DNA from: the human T2T-CHM13v2.0 reference genome, Homo sapiens | Assembly (NCBI RefSeq): GCF_009914755.1 | Contig: NC_060932.1 | Length of the DNA stretch: 64,000 nucleotides | Direction: 5' to 3' (one strand) | Translations under genes and position numbers: made by a program | The notes under the pieces: model-generated | Seen by the model: only the letters and a program-made list of their open reading frames with translations | Databases searched by the model: none | Told to the model about the DNA's origin: nothing | Shown here: positions 1 through 14,928 of the stretch, in pieces | Position numbering within the stretch: position 1 is the first letter of the stretch | Layout: each line of letters begins with the position of its first letter

Positions 1-112
1 GGCAAGGCCAAATTCTTTACTACACAGTGGCTTGGCAAGTCTCTTCACTGTCCCTATGTTTTCCACCTCTGAGGCTCTCTGCCTGGCAAATCCATTAAAA
101 CTGGTCAACTTG

Positions 113-434
<322 letters not shown>

Positions 435-1669
435 CTATAATATCTCCCTTTAACCTTTGGATCCAAACGTCCTCACTTGCCAGATGAAGCTATATCACAT
501 TGTATTTACTCACTTAGCACCACATCTAGCACAAGAATGACACTAAATGGACTAAAGGTTCTGCTTTGGGAACCTCTTGAGATCACATGTCATATTTTGC
601 TAATATGTTTGTATTTGGCTGTGGGTGAGGGATCAGAGTTCCTATATTTCATTAGATTTCAAAGAGGTCTGTGTCCCATAAAGGTTGAGCACTCCTGGCC
701 TACGTAAAAGTGAATTATCTCCCCTCACACCACTGGTGGGCTATTCCTTCATGAGCTCTAGGAGTTTTGCTTGCCAAGAGAAGGGGGCAGAGTAGAGACA
801 GAGCCTGGGCTGGCAGAAGGGCAGTTTTGCTATCTTGGTTTACAAGGCCTCTTGGGTTAATTCTAGAAGCATCAAAGCAAGCTTTTCTTCAGTCTTTCCT
901 GTGTTCTGCAGGCCAAGAGTTTCTTGTGCTAAAATAAACAACTGGCAGTTTCATTAGGCTCCACAGAAGGAAGGAAGAGATTTATATTTCATACCTTTTA
1001 TATTATATAACAACATTACTATGCAAACTTCAATTCTTCGATCTGTTTAGTTTATTTAAACTTAAAAAATAGTATTAATGCTATAAATAGAATAAACCTT
1101 GACCAATTCTGAGCATTTACAATAAACATGCAGCTGGTAATATAGCCTCTGAAATAATAAACCACTTATTCCTGATGGCCAGGCTTTGTATATATCATCC
1201 TTAGATTTTATTAAGCTATAGCTGGATGGAGGGGGCAGGAAAGGGGAGATATCCTACTTGTTTTAAACTGTAGGGGGAAGAAAAACCACATTTTATTTTG
1301 CATCTGCCTCTTTCTTACATAATTGTGGAAATTTTGGCATGTTTGTGCCAGCCAGGATTCAACTTTGTTTTACTTTACTGAGAAATCTGAAGTGTGTTCA
1401 TAAAAAAGAAATCTGTTTATTTTTAGTTCATTTTGTTCAGCTCTTAAAACATCTTGGTTCTTATAAGACAAGGAAAGAAGCATGTGATGCTCTGTAATCC
1501 TGGTTCATTCAGAGGCATTACTTGAGTACCACCCAGTACATGATTCAATGTGCGGGAGATACAAACATGAAATTGTTACCCTTAAAGTGCTTACAGTTTA
1601 GTGAGGGGGAGATTAATGGCTCCCAACACTCACAACATTTTATTATGATTATCAGTTTGCATGTCTTTA

Positions 1670-2150
1670 TTGTGGATTCTTTTGAAATTCCAATAATTTC
1701 TTTTTTTTTGCAGAAATAGAAAAACTCATCCTAAAACTCATGTGGCCCCAAGTAGCCAAAACAATCTTGAAAAAGACTAACCAAGTTAGAGGTCTTATAC
1801 TTCCTGACTTCAAAACTTACTATAAAGCTAAAGTAATCAAAACAGTGTGGTACTGGTATTAAGAGAAACACGTAGGAAAATGAGATAGAACGGAGAGCCT
1901 AGAAATAAACCCTCACATATATGATAAGTTTTGGCAAGGGTACCAAGACCATGCAATGGGGGAAAGGATGGTCTTTTCAACAAATGGTGCTGGGGAAACT
2001 GAATATCCACATGCAAAAGAATGAAGTTGGACCCTTACCTTATACCAAATACAAAAATTGACTTGAAATGGATCAAAGACTGAAATGTAAAAGCTCAAAC
2101 TGTAAATGTCTTAGAAGAAAACAAGAAAAGATTCATGACATTGGACTTGG
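1670..2150 (+). mobile_element. Old L1 (L1M) ORF2 fragment
   Basis: Degenerate ORF2 sequence (cttcctgacttcaaaacttactataaagct, aacagtgtggtactgg, tggtgctgggaaactgaatatccacatgc). Confidence 0.85.
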
Positions 2151-2184
2151 CTATGAGACTGTTTTATGTCTTAGTAGCGAAGAA

Positions 2185-2740
2185 CAGTTAAGTTGGGGGC
2201 AGGAGTCAGAGACCTGGGGTTCAGACTTGGGACTGCCACTTCCTGCCTGTGTGATCTTAAGCACGTTATATATCCTCTCTAGGACTCAGCTTTCTCATCT
2301 GTAAAAAGGTGAGAGTAATAGAATGACACTGAGAATTAGATAAGTTAATGTAGGTAAAGGGCTCCGCTGCATGACTGGCATATGGCTTATTCTCAAGAGG
2401 TGTCAGCCATTACTGTGAATTCAGGGGAAGCAGCATAATAATAGAAGTCAGGTAGGTAGGCTTTAAATCAGATTTTCTAGGTTCATATCCTAGTTCTTGC
2501 CTTTACTGCCTTTGTGACTTTGGGCAACTGCCTGACAGTTTTGTAACTGAGGACTTTTATCTTTTTATGAATGACAGAATTAGTAATATTACTCATCTCA
2601 TAAAGTCATAAGGATTGAATGAAATAATTCCCTTCTCCAGGTTTTAGAAAAGTGGTTAGCACTCCCTAGCGTCAGCCCTCACTGCTGCTACAGTACTTAG
2701 CACAGCATCGGGCACAGAGTAGGTGTTCATCTAATGGACT
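2185..2740 (+). mobile_element. MIR fragments (at least two)
   Basis: MIR core motifs (tgtgtgatcttaagcacgtta, ctcagctttctcatctgtaaaa, tgtgactttgggcaa). Bounds approximate. Confidence 0.65.
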
Positions 2741-3479
2741 ATCGTACTGCCCTAAATAATGGCATTTAGGAAATGTTTAATGATATTAGTAAATATCAAT
2801 CATAAACTGTTGGGAAAAACAAGGTAAAAAGTTGTATATACAATTTCGTCTCAACTATGTAAGAAAAAAGAGTTAAAAAAGTTTATTGAAATATTAATAG
2901 TGGTCCCTCCTTAAATGAAAAAGTTGTACATGAGTTTATTTCTTATTTCCTTATGTTTTTGTGTACTTTTCAAATTTTCTACCATAAGCAGATACTTTTA
3001 CTATTGGAAAATATTAAAATGCAGTTAAATTAAGCTGGAAAGGGACAAGAGTCAATGCCATCTGCTATCATGTGGTACACTGGCTTCTAGGAGTGGCTGG
3101 CAATCACTTTAACAATGTGAAGACCATGGCCTTCAGGAGGCAGACATAAATAGTTTTGCTCTTTCCTACTCACCTGTGCTTGTGTGTGCACATGTGAGTA
3201 TGCACATGTTTTGTGTCTCAGGGAGCTTGAGGTCTCCTTCAGGGCATGGAGTATTTGCCAGGAAATACCTCATGTTTTCCTCCTGTCTAGCTCAGGGCCT
3301 AGCACAGATATTCAGAGTCTAGGTACAAGGATATTCACTGAATGCATGTAGAAAGGTGAATATTATTGATGGTGGAGAGAGGGGTTCAAGCCAGACTGCC
3401 ACTGCACACCTGCCTGGGTGATCCACTGCTCGTCTAGCCCACTTGTCTAGTACCACTAGCTAGGTACCCTCTGTGCCTA

Positions 3480-3820
<341 letters not shown>

Positions 3821-4199
3821 GAAATATTTCTCTGGATAAATTCACGGAAATTGGATTATAGCAAATTGTTTAAAATGTAAGACATCTACACTTTAATATG
3901 TAGAAGATATTTAAAAAGAAACAATGAATCAGAGAGATTTCTTGGGGCGTTTGTGTTTTCCTGGTAACATATAAATGAACTCTGACCTACAGTACAAGTT
4001 AGCTGCATCTTCAACAGATACTTTTGTGTTTTTACTTGGTGCTCAGAGACACTATTCCTACTCCAAGAAGGTTCAAGTGTTGGGCAGGGAATTAAGAATG
4101 CATATGTGAAAAACCAATCATTGTTTTTCAAGGCAATAGAGAACAATTCCAAATAAATGGCATAAATAGAATCTTCCTCAGTAATTCAGAGGAGTGCAG

Positions 4200-5330
4200 C
4201 CGTGATTGAATTTAGTAGGTATTGCCACACAATTTTGCCAAGAGGCTGCACCAATTTATGTTCCCACTAGTGTGTATTGGTGTTATATCTCTTTCATTTT
4301 GGCCATTCTGATGGTACAGGAAGGTATCACCTTATTGTGTTAATTTGCATTTCTTTGACCAATGAAATTGAACAACTTATGTTTATAGGCCATCTGGATA
4401 TCCTATTATATGAAGGGTCTGCTCAAATCTTTGGCCCACTTTCAATGTTGACGTTTCTTTTCATACTGTTTTGTAGCTGTTCTTTACATATTCTGTTTAT
4501 GAGTACTTTGTCAGATATATGCATTGCAAACATCGTTTCCCGTGCTGGCACTGCCCTTCCACCCTCTTAATGGTGTATTTTGATGAGTAAAGCACCTTAA
4601 TTTTAATATAGTTCACTTTATCATTTAAAAAATGATTAATATTTTATGTCCTCTTAAGAAACCTCTAACTATCTGCAGGTCACAAAGATACTTTCATGTG
4701 TAACTTTTTAATAGCTCTATTATTTTACATTAGGACCCAAAGTCTATCAGGACTTTGTGTATTTGTGTGTATGGTAAGAGGTGGGGCTCAAAATTCCCAC
4801 ATGGAAATTCAATTGTTCTGGCATCATTTATTGAAAAGGCCATCCTTTCTCTACTATGCTGTCATCCTAGTCATCAATCATGACAGGATATGTGTAGTTT
4901 CTACCTTACTTTTCTGTAGTTGTGTTTTGTGTTTGTTCTTGCCTATTTAGGGCCAATATCACACTGTCTTAATTGCTATAGTTTTGTGATCAGTTTTAAC
5001 ATCTGCTTATATAATTTCTCCAGTTTTGTTTATTTTAAGGAATTAGCTTGTTCTCTTTCTCTCCCTCCCTCTTTCCCTTCCTCTTTTCCTCTCCCTCTCC
5101 TTTCCTTTATTCTTCCTCTGCCCCACCCTCTCTCCCTTTCCCTCCCTTCATTCTTCTTTGACGAGGGATTCCCAACTTGAGGAGTACTGGGATCTTTGCA
5201 TTATTAAGTCTTTTATTTCATGAACATGGTATCTCCTTCCATTTACTTAAGAGTTCTATAATTTTTATCGATAATGTTCTGTGGTTTTCAGATTTCAGCT
5301 GCAATTAGATAATAATTTAACCTTGAGCTT
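4200..5330 (-). mobile_element. Old L1 fragments, antisense, interrupted by a CT-rich tract (~5050-5160)
   Basis: ttaatttgcatttct, gtttataggccatctggatatc, catcatttattgaaaagg, catgaacatggtatctccttccattta. Bounds approximate. Confidence 0.7.
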
Positions 5331-5484
5331 GTATTTAGATCAGTAGGTCCAAAAGTGGGCAAGTATTAGAATTATCTGTAGAGTTTTAAAATATTTATTT
5401 CCAAACCCTAAGTCAGACTTACTGCATCAGAATCTCTGGAAATAGGGCTCTGGGAGTCTAAAAAGCCTTTGAGAGTCTACAAGC

Positions 5485-5860
5485 CTTTGGTGGAAGTAAA
5501 AATTGGTATAATCTTTTTGTGGAACCACTTGGCAAATTTTATTGGTATTTAAATAGTCATACCTGCTAACCTTGTGATTATATTTCTAGGAAATTACATG
5601 AATTATTTGTGCACACTTATAAATGCATATATAAAAATGTTTATTCTAGCATAATTTATGATAGTAAAATATAGCAAACTGCCTCAATTTCTATCAATGG
5701 AAGATGTACCAAATAAATTATGTCACATATAGTATAATACGAGGTAGCTGTTTAAAGTGAAGAGCTAATTTATAAGTACCAAAGTGGAAAGACATCTATC
5801 GTAATTAGTTTAAAAAATCAAGAAGCAGAAAATTAAGTATTGTATAAGTCAATATGTTGA
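5485..5860 (+). mobile_element. L1ME-like 3' fragment
   Basis: gtaaaaattggtataatcttttt, tttctaggaaatta, aaataaattatg resemble old L1 3' sequence. Confidence 0.55.
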
Positions 5861-6244
5861 AAACATATTCCTGCACACACATACAAGACAGTCACATTGA
5901 CTGTCTCTTCTAAGAAATATGAAGCTTCCTTCCTATCATCACTCGTATATCCAAATTCTTTAAATCCTATATCCAAATCCATATAAATGAGCAGTAGGAC
6001 ATAAGTAAGAGTCAAACCATATGAAACCCAGAATAATTTTAATATAAATACTTGGAGTTGTTGCTTATGAAGTACCCAAAACTGGAATGCAAGAACCCAG
6101 TGGGATGAATTCTTAGTGGTTCGTGATAAGAATGATGGTTTATTGTATATTCATTTGGAGGCAGGTTGAAAACAAAAATCCTTTAAAAATTTTACTTATT
6201 TCTATATTCCATTTCTGTTTGTAATATGCAGGCATCACTTAAAT

Positions 6245-6560
6245 TTTTTTTTACCATCTTAATAGTTTTTAAGTGTACAATTCAGTGGCATTAATTACCT
6301 CCAGAATGTTGCACAACCATCACCACTATCCACCTCTAGAACTTTTTCATAATCCCATACAGAAGCTGTCTACCCATGAATCAATTACTTTCCATTTCTC
6401 CCTACCCCAACCCCCTGGTTACCTCTATTTTACGTTCTGTCTCTATGAATTTGCCTATTCTAGACACTTCACATAAACAGAATCATACTTTTGTCCTTTT
6501 GTGTCTAACTTGTTTAACTTACCATAATGTATCAAGATTTATCCATGTTGTAGAATGTAC
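6245..6560 (-). mobile_element. L1MB-like 3' end
   Basis: ttttaagtgtacaattcagtggcatta, gttgcacaaccatcaccactatc, ttctgtctctatgaatttgcctattctaga. Confidence 0.8.
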
Positions 6561-6677
6561 ATAAAATTTAAAAATAAATATTTAAAATATTTTATAAATG
6601 TGGGGGAAAATCCCTAAGCTCATCATGATGTATAGACAAATTTGGGATCACGAAATTAGATGGCTTTTAATAGTATG

Positions 6678-6940
6678 AGCTGGGTGCAGTGGCTCATGCC
6701 TGTAATCCCAGCACTTTGGGAGGCCGAGGCAGGCAGATCACCTGAGGTCAGGAGTTTGAGACAAGCCTAGTCAGCATGGTGAAACCCCATCTCTACTAAA
6801 AGTACAACAATTAGCCAGGTGTGGTGGCACATGCCTGCAATCTCAGCTACTCGGGAGGAGGGGGTTGCAGTGAGCCAAGACTGCACCACTGTACTCCAGC
6901 CTGGGCGACAGAGTGAGACTCTGTCTCAAATAAACAAATA
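6678..6940 (+). mobile_element. Alu, AluS-like, with an internal right-arm deletion
   Basis: Alu sequence jumps from ctactcgggagg directly to ggttgcagtgagc. Confidence 0.92.
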
Positions 6941-9327
6941 ACATTGTATGAACAATGCTCTTGAGCCATTTTGCCCCTGAGACTCTAACCTCAGGTCTTC
7001 AGTTCTGCCCATATTGTTATCAAAAGTCAAGCTTAAAGATCAATTCCTCCATCAAGTCTTCCTAGACATTCTGGATGGAAACATTTCCCATTATCTGAAT
7101 GTTTTAAACTGTGAACTTCATGTGGCCACCATTATGTTTTAACTGGTCCATAAACTTTTTTATTTTTATCCATAATTTATAAAGTTTAAGACTCCTATAA
7201 TCAACTGCCCCCAATATCAGGATAGCTGGCTTCTCTTGAAAACTGGAGAGCCTGACACCCTGAGCCAGCATTCCTAAATGGAAACAACAGGTTGGAGTTG
7301 AGAACAGCTATCCTCTTTACATGAGCCATGCTCTTTTCTGTGTGACACAGTCCCCCACTCTCTACTGTCTCCCTAGTTCTGAGGATGAATGCCTACTGCC
7401 GATGACTTGTACTTTTTCTTACACGTTTTCTTATACTGTAGAAATACTTTCTGATCTCCTATCACTATCAAATGAGGAATTAAAAAAAAGAAGAGGACCC
7501 TGGGATTTCTATATAATAGGCCTCTATCATTCACTCCTTTATATTACTTACCTCATTCTTGTTGGCATTTGAGTTTGCCACCCCTAATGAATTTAATCCT
7601 GGGCATTTATAAACACAGCACATCTCTCCTGCTATGCTGTGAGACCTCATAATAGATGCAGAAAACACTGCATAAATGATTATAAATGACTATCAGGTCA
7701 TTCAATGTCATGTTTAATTTTTATAGCCAATTTAAAGCTCCATTTCTGAAACTGTTTTAGACATTATCCATTCTTTCCCCGGTGATGATCTCCTTTCTCC
7801 TTTTCATCTGTGCAACTCCCACCTCATCTTCACAGTACAGATGAAATATTATATCGTCCTAGGAGTGTACTCAAATAATCCCTCTGGCTCTTCTGCACCT
7901 GAAGCCTTCAGCTCATTCTGCTCCTTACTGGTAAAGTCAAAATCACCCATTGCCTTGATCTCAGCAGCACCCAGCTCCTACTCAGGGAAGACAACTTCTC
8001 AGGGCACAGACTCTGTTAGTACCTAGCACTGGGCTGGGCACATAGTGGATCTTTAAAACATGTGGACGATTCTATGTCAAAGAGAACTATTTTTCTAGCC
8101 TGTAATTTTCTTCAAAGTCTATTGATGTAAGGCTGTTTAGAGCAGTCTGTTGTTTTTTCTGATTCCTGCATATTCTTTTGTTTTTCATGGAACATGTTGC
8201 ACCAATTTCCTGTCAGGCTTTGCAAATAAATATCAAGGTCAGGGGCTGGAAGCATTTATGGAGCTATCGTGGCACCTCTTGGTTCTACTGAGCCAAGAAA
8301 TGCTTTCAACCCCAGAGGGCAGAAGTTCTTCAAAACAAGACTGTTCCAATAAGGGTGTGGGCTTTCTCCATCCACTTGCTCACCCTCCTTTTTGCATTTT
8401 AACTACTTTAGGAAGAATGGAAAGTCTGGAAAGCCTTTGGTATTTTTGAACCACTAAGTAGGCTAGGTGGTGGAACCTGTGGTGATTTCTCAGTGAGAGG
8501 TTCCTACAGACTGGGCCATGAAGAGGTGGGGTGGTGAAGGTGGCCATTTCTGCAGGACTGAGGAGGCAGCAGGGCCTCCTCCTGCTCAGACTTCCTGGCC
8601 CCTTCCTTCTTCCGTTGGGCTGTCTGGACTTGTAGACTTTGATCCCTGCAACTGAGTTGGCATTTATATTGGCCTTGCACACATGAGGGCTAAAGCAAGC
8701 ATAGGGGATTGATCCTTTTCAATGTCTAGTCCCTTTTAATGTCCAAGTTAACACAACAATCTCTTCCCCTTCCCTCTAGTATGCTCTTGGTCTTGGTTTT
8801 TCTTTTTCTTTCTCTTCTTTTCCTCTTCATTGCTTTGCTGTTTGAGGTGGGCTCTGAGCCTGTAAACAAGGAAGTGCTAGGGACAGCATAAAAGGGGTCT
8901 TGTGTCAAGGACTTTCAAGCAGCCTCTGGATGCTTGGTTCTCTAGAAGGATACAGCACCCTTGTTACAGGGAAGCACAAGGTGTGAGTGTTTTCAGAAAC
9001 CTAGGTCCAAAAGTCGTGCTAGGTATCTGGTATCTGGGATTTAGTCGTCCCAAATTTGGCTATATATCACAATGAGCTTGGGGCCTGAGCCTGAGACCAC
9101 CTCTAGGCTGTTTTTAGTAGTGACTAGAGGTAGATGATAGAGGCCTTCATATGGAGGGTTTAGCTCTTTATAATCTCTTTCAGCCAACCACCTCCCCATT
9201 TTGTAATGGAAAAGTGACATTTTCTCAATGGCAAGTAAAGGGCTTCTGCCTGATTGCTGAACTTTCTTGAGCCATCAGGAAAACCAGGTTGCTATTCTTG
9301 TCCCTCTAAACGGTTCACTGCAGTGTG

Positions 9328-9330
<3 letters not shown>

Positions 9331-9359
<29 letters not shown>
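9331..9359. repeat. (AC)n microsatellite, ~14 units
   Basis: Seen directly. Confidence 0.97.
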
Positions 9360-9361
<2 letters not shown>

Positions 9362-9984
9362 TTCAATAATATATAAAATTACTTCCAGACAGCAAAGCCT
9401 TCCAGTCCTGGGATAGTGAGAAGATTTAGAATGAACCAACATGCTCCCTTCAGCTGTAACTCTCTGACTTAATTATATACAATATTGTGCATGGCTGGAT
9501 CCAGTCAGACCCTTTCCAGTGTTGGATGGGAAAGGGAAGAACAAGACAGGAGGATCTTGAAGCCCATCCCACCTGCGAATGCCTGGCTCTGCCTCTGGGA
9601 TACCTGCTATGTCAGTTCCATGTTTCCATCCCTGCCATTGGACAGACTCTCACAACACCTTGCTTGGACTGTTGCAGAATCTCCCACATGTCTGCCAGCC
9701 TCCTGTGTCTATACATTTCTCCATCATGGGTAAAATGAATATACACCTGATTTGATTATCCTCCAGGTTAAAATTCTTTGACATCTTCATCATGACAGAT
9801 ATAGTCCCAACTCCTGGGGCTCTGAGTGTGGACCCTTGCTGATCTGGACCCACTGAATTTTTCAGGTTTTTTTCTCCTTCCTTCCTCATCTATCCACCCC
9901 ACATGGAAGCTTTGCTTCACTGAATTTGAAATTTCTCCAATGGTGTACTCTTAGTCTCCAGGGCCTTTGCTCATTCACCCATTA

Positions 9985-10880
9985 TTTATTCATCTATCTA
10001 GTCAACCAATATCTTAATTTTATTATAAACATAAGTAGAAAATGCATTAACCTGCCAAGCATTGGCCTTGATGCGAGGTGTAGTGTAGTTGTGTCCCTCA
10101 TCTTCCTGGAGTTTCCAGCCTCCTGAGAGAGGCAGATGGCAGAAGAGTAATGGAACAGACCAAAAATGATCAATTGTGGGAAATGCAATAAAGGGAACAA
10201 ACTGAGGGGCTCTGTGAGGGAAGAAAAGAGTAGGGTCTTGTTGGGGAAGAGCTGTGTCTTTGAGATGGACTTGTCAGCAAGGCTTGTGGAGGGTGTGATG
10301 TTTAAGCTGAGACCTGAAATGTGGGGAAAAAACCAGCATGGGAAGAGGCCTTTGGGCAAAGAGCACATGTAAAGGCTTTGAGATGGAGATGCACTTAGGA
10401 CTTTCAAGAACCGGCAGGGAGGCTAGTGTAGCAAAAGCTTCAAGAGTGAGGAGCTGGGGGCAGACTGCAGGTAGAGAGGTGGGTGGTGGTCAAATCAGAA
10501 CATTCAAGGAGCTTGAGATCTTTTTCTAAAAGCAATACTGTAGTAATAGGCAGTACTAGGATAGGATTTACATTTTAAACTGACCCCTGAGGCTGTGGTG
10601 TAGGGAATGGCTCAGGGAGGGGAGGATGAGGGTTGGGAGATCAGCTGGAAGCTCTTCCAGGAGATCTGTGAAGGATACCTGTGACAGGGACCAGGTGATG
10701 GTAAGCAGCAGAATGATCAGAGATGTGCTGTGTGGGAAATTGGCAAGTCTTAGTTAAAGGCTGAAAGTGGGGCTTGAGAGAGATGGGGAGACATTGAGAA
10801 TGTCTTCTGATTACTAGATATGTGGCTTGAGCAAGTTAGCCAGTTACAGGGGGAGTTTAGGGAGGACTGGGTTTAAGAAC
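9985..10880 (-). mobile_element. L2 fragment
   Basis: Purine-rich degenerate L2 pattern (tttaagctgagacctgaa, gagcacatgtaaaggc, ggatttacattttaa). Bounds approximate. Confidence 0.6.
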
Positions 10881-13577
10881 CTAGTTGGCATCTTAATGTT
10901 TCTTTTATTTCACTTAGTTCAATGAAAGTATCATCTTTTCAATGAGACTTCTCCTCTTTCCCCCAGGCAACACTCATTCCTGCATCTTCTGAGTTTCCAT
11001 CATAAATTAAAATTCTTTACAAAATTTGCCCCCCTAGATTGTGGGTATCCTTGGAATTTAGCGAGGCCCTCATCATAGGATGCCTTTTATCACAAATCTG
11101 TTTCCCACTGGAAGGTCAGCCCCTTGAGAACACCTCTGACACTGGTCAGAACTCTTCATTCACAGTAGGAGCTCCCGCTGATGGTTATTGAATGGTGTTG
11201 AGTTGGGTCATAAAGATTTCATGGGCATGGGCTTGGCTAACTGGGAATCAGAATGGATTAGAAAGGAAAGACCAAGAGCTGGAAAGTGCACTTGGCCAAT
11301 TGGACAGCCCTGCTTGGGGGTGACTAGCAATGGAGGTCTTTCTCACATAGCTGGCTGGCACAAAACAATGCTGCTGCTTAAGCCCCATGCCAGACAAAGC
11401 AAATGAGGATCTCTGGGCTGGAGCTCAAGCATGGGGATTTTTCAAAGCATCCCAGCTGATTTCAATGGGTAGCCAACTGGGAATCCTACTAGCATAAGGA
11501 TATTAGAGTTTTCAGGGGCCTTCTTTTATGGAGTTGACCAGAGGTCACTGCAGAGCCCTGCCCAACAGGCAGCACACAGAGGTGGGGAGGAAGTGAGGGT
11601 GGGCTGGCACATGGGAAATGGTGTGGGCTCACCTCCTGCACACCTGGAACACCCCCTGTCACCTGTGCACCTTAGGCTTTATGTCAAGCCAGGATAGAAG
11701 ATGGACAGGCCATGGGGTACCTGCAGCAGAGGATCTCCACTTCAGCTACCTGGAGGGAATCCACTTTCAGGGTTGTCAGCCTAGCTATTGTCACAAGCAG
11801 TAAATTCCCCTGTCCAACCAGCCCACAAAACCAGAACAGAACTGCTCTGTGACTGTCCAGGCATACACTCTGAGACCTGAGGCATGTCTTGCCCCCTCAC
11901 GGGTGACTTCTCAAAAGGCTTTCCCCTGGCAGAGCATCCGTTTTCCTTCTGTTGCCAATAAAAATCCCCAGCTCTGTTCTTTCTCCTTCGCATCCTTCTA
12001 TTGCTTCTGACAGAGTTTGCCAGTTAGCTGAGGTCAGGATTTCCTTTTTACAAACAACCTGTTTTCAGTCAGCAAGGCCAGAGGTTTCTTAAATTACAAA
12101 CCCTTTCATTTCTTTTGCCGCAAGTCATCCTGTCAGTTTGTATAATGACATAGAATGGAGAGAAATGGAGATGTGCAGAGAGACACTGAAAGAAAAGAGT
12201 AGCTCACTTTCTCGAGCCTTTTGGATTGTAAAAAAACTGTCTTGAACATGATAGCGAACTCTATTCCAGCTGAAGCTTTTGTAGCTGCGTATAGTGTGGG
12301 TAAAGGGCCAGTGCCTGAAAGGAAATTTCTTACAAGTCTTAAATGAACACACAGTGTCCATCATCTCTATATTCTGTTAAGCAAATGGCCTCCTTTATAG
12401 TCATTTGAATTGGGAATCATCCATGATACATGCAAATGTTCTGAAAAGCAAATTGAAAAGTTATGAAATACGTTTTCATTGATATGTATAGGTGTTTACT
12501 GGAAGGTATGTTTTAACCCAAACTCTGGAAGGATGACAAAGGATTGAGGCACTAAGGTAAAAAAGACAAAAGGCCTTTGGACATCATTGGAAAATTGTGC
12601 TAACTGTGGACAAAGCACTAAATATTCCTGGAAAACCCAAAGAGGACACCTAAACTTACCCTATTATTTAGTGATAGATCAGGGAGGCAAAGCCAACTGT
12701 TACAGGCCTGAGAGCTCCTAATCTTTTCATGATTCAGTATTGCATCCAAGAGGGTGGTTTGGGGTCATGGCTTTGCTTTACTTGGCTGTGACCCATCGGG
12801 CAAAGCATTTAACCCAAGTTTTGTAACCTGTAAAATGGGCTCAACTAGATACTCCTTAGACCTCATATTTGAAGGCTTGTTTAGCATAGAAGCATCACCA
12901 TTAGCGAAGGCTGTGTATGCTGATGTAGGAGTCTCAGTCCCTTTCTATTCCTATCCTCTGCCTTTTCTTTCTCCCGTGAAGGGTAAGCAGTCATGCTCAC
13001 ATACCATAAAGGCACAAAGCCTGTAGCTTTACTCTGAGATGGACAGTTAAAGCCCTTGCCTCCTCTCTCTCCTGGCTGCCCAACCCGTCATCTCTGCCTC
13101 CCAGACTCACAGTCCTGGCTCTCCTGCCCTTCCCTTATCCTTCCCTAGCTTGCTGCCCACCTTCTCACTCTGAGCTGCTCTCATTTTCTTCTCTTCTCCC
13201 CACTCCCCTTGGGCCAGCTCCTCCCCAGGCTTCAGGTCTTAGCTGAGACATTGGTTCTTCAGGGAAGCCTTTCTTGCCTGCCCAGGCTGCCCACAGTAGA
13301 TCACTCCCTCGCCTCTGTTAGTCTTGCTCATTGAGCCCTTCCGAGAATTGTAATGAATTCTTTAACAGTCACTGTCCCAATGCTCAAAGTCAGGTATGAG
13401 ACTTTTTTAGCTTGTTTTCTAGACCTGGCCAAAACAATGCAGTGGACTTTTGTAGGGTCTGTGCATCCAAGAAGCTGGTTCTTCAGTTGGGGAAATATTT
13501 TTGTGAAAAGTTAGCTAGTACAGTAATAGACAACATTAGAGAATCTTCCAGGCAGTGTCCCAAGCACTTCACATATA

Positions 13578-13976
13578 CAATTGACCCTTGAACAAGGCAG
13601 GGGTTAGAGGCACCAACCGTTCTGCCGTTGAAAATCCATGTATATCTTTTGACTTCTCAAAAACTCAACTAATAGCCTACTGGAAACTGGAAGTTTTAAC
13701 GATAACATAAACAGTCAATTAACACACGTTTGGATATTATATACTATATTCTTAGAAAAAAGTTATTAAGAAAATTATAAGGAAGAGAAAATATATTTAC
13801 CGTTAAGTGGAAGTGGATCATCATAAAGGTCTTCATCCTTATTGTCTTCATGTTGATTAGGCTGAGGAGGAGCAGGAGAAGTTAGTCTCACTGTTTCAGG
13901 GGTGGCAGCAGTGGAAGAAGATCCACGTATAAATGGACCCATGCAATTCCAGCCCCGGTTGTTCAGGGTTCAACTG
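13578..13976. mobile_element. Tigger2/MER28-type non-autonomous DNA transposon nested in a MIR
   Basis: TIRs caattgacccttgaacaa ... ttgttcagggttcaactg with TA on both sides; flanks rejoin as MIR sequence. Confidence 0.85.
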
Positions 13977-14928
13977 TATTAACTTATTTTGTCTTCATAA
14001 TAGTCCTCTGAAGTAGATACAATCATTATTCCATTTTTACAGATGGGGAAATTCCTAACCACTGGGATGAACTGTCCACAGTGGTGCTGAGACCCCTTCC
14101 CTTGGGGCGTGTCCAGATTCCTCTTCTGTCTCACTACTTCCTCCATTTGACCTATGTAAATATTTAGCCATCACTAAAAAAAAACCTGGGTTTATATTTC
14201 CACCATCCTCGTCTGAATCTGACCACTGTTTGCTGGGACTGTCCTAACAGCTGAATAACTGGTTTCCCCATTTCTTCTCTTGCTCCTCTTCAGCTCCTTC
14301 TCCACCCTCTTCTCCACTCAGCAGCTGGGTGATCATTTCAAAGAGTAAACTAGACCAGGTCCCCCCACTAGGTAAAAATCTCAGTGACCTCCCATTCACT
14401 TAGGATAGCATCCAGACTCCAGACCACGACCTCTAGGTCTTCCTGGTCTCCTTCCCTTTACAAAGTCATCTCTTGCTCCTCTCCTCTTGGACCCATGGGT
14501 GTGGTTCTCATTTGGAGGATAAACAGAGTGTTCTCCTCTGTGGACCTTTGCCTGCATGTCCTGCCTCTCATCTTTACATGCTTCCACCTTCTTAGCAGTC
14601 AGGTTTTGGCTCAGACATCTTGGCTCTGTCCATTCTATTAGAGGAAACTTACACCTGTCACTGACCCATGTTCTGTTTTATTTTCCAAAAAGAACCCTTT
14701 TGATATGAATGTAGCTTATTCATTCATTTAGTAATTCATTATGGTCTGTTTCCACCAACTCCAATGTAAACTCAGTCCTTGGGGCATGGACATCCTACCC
14801 TCAGCACCTGGGACAGTGCCACACTATTGAGGGGTAGGGGGCAGTGAGTCTTTATTGAATGAAATATGGACTTCCAATAAAGGCATAGACAGAGGGAGAG
14901 AAGAGAAGGAGCTAACACTGCATGCCAT

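Noticed and set aside
1913-2304. ORFs with L1-like peptide
   Set aside because: Fragments of a degenerate L1 with no intact ORF2.
5050-5160. Polypyrimidine CT-rich tract (H-DNA candidate)
   Set aside because: Ordinary low-complexity expansion in an old L1 with no clear long mirror symmetry.
9994-10529. 137-aa ORF and overlapping ORFs
   Set aside because: Lie in an L2 remnant; no recognisable domain or exon structure.
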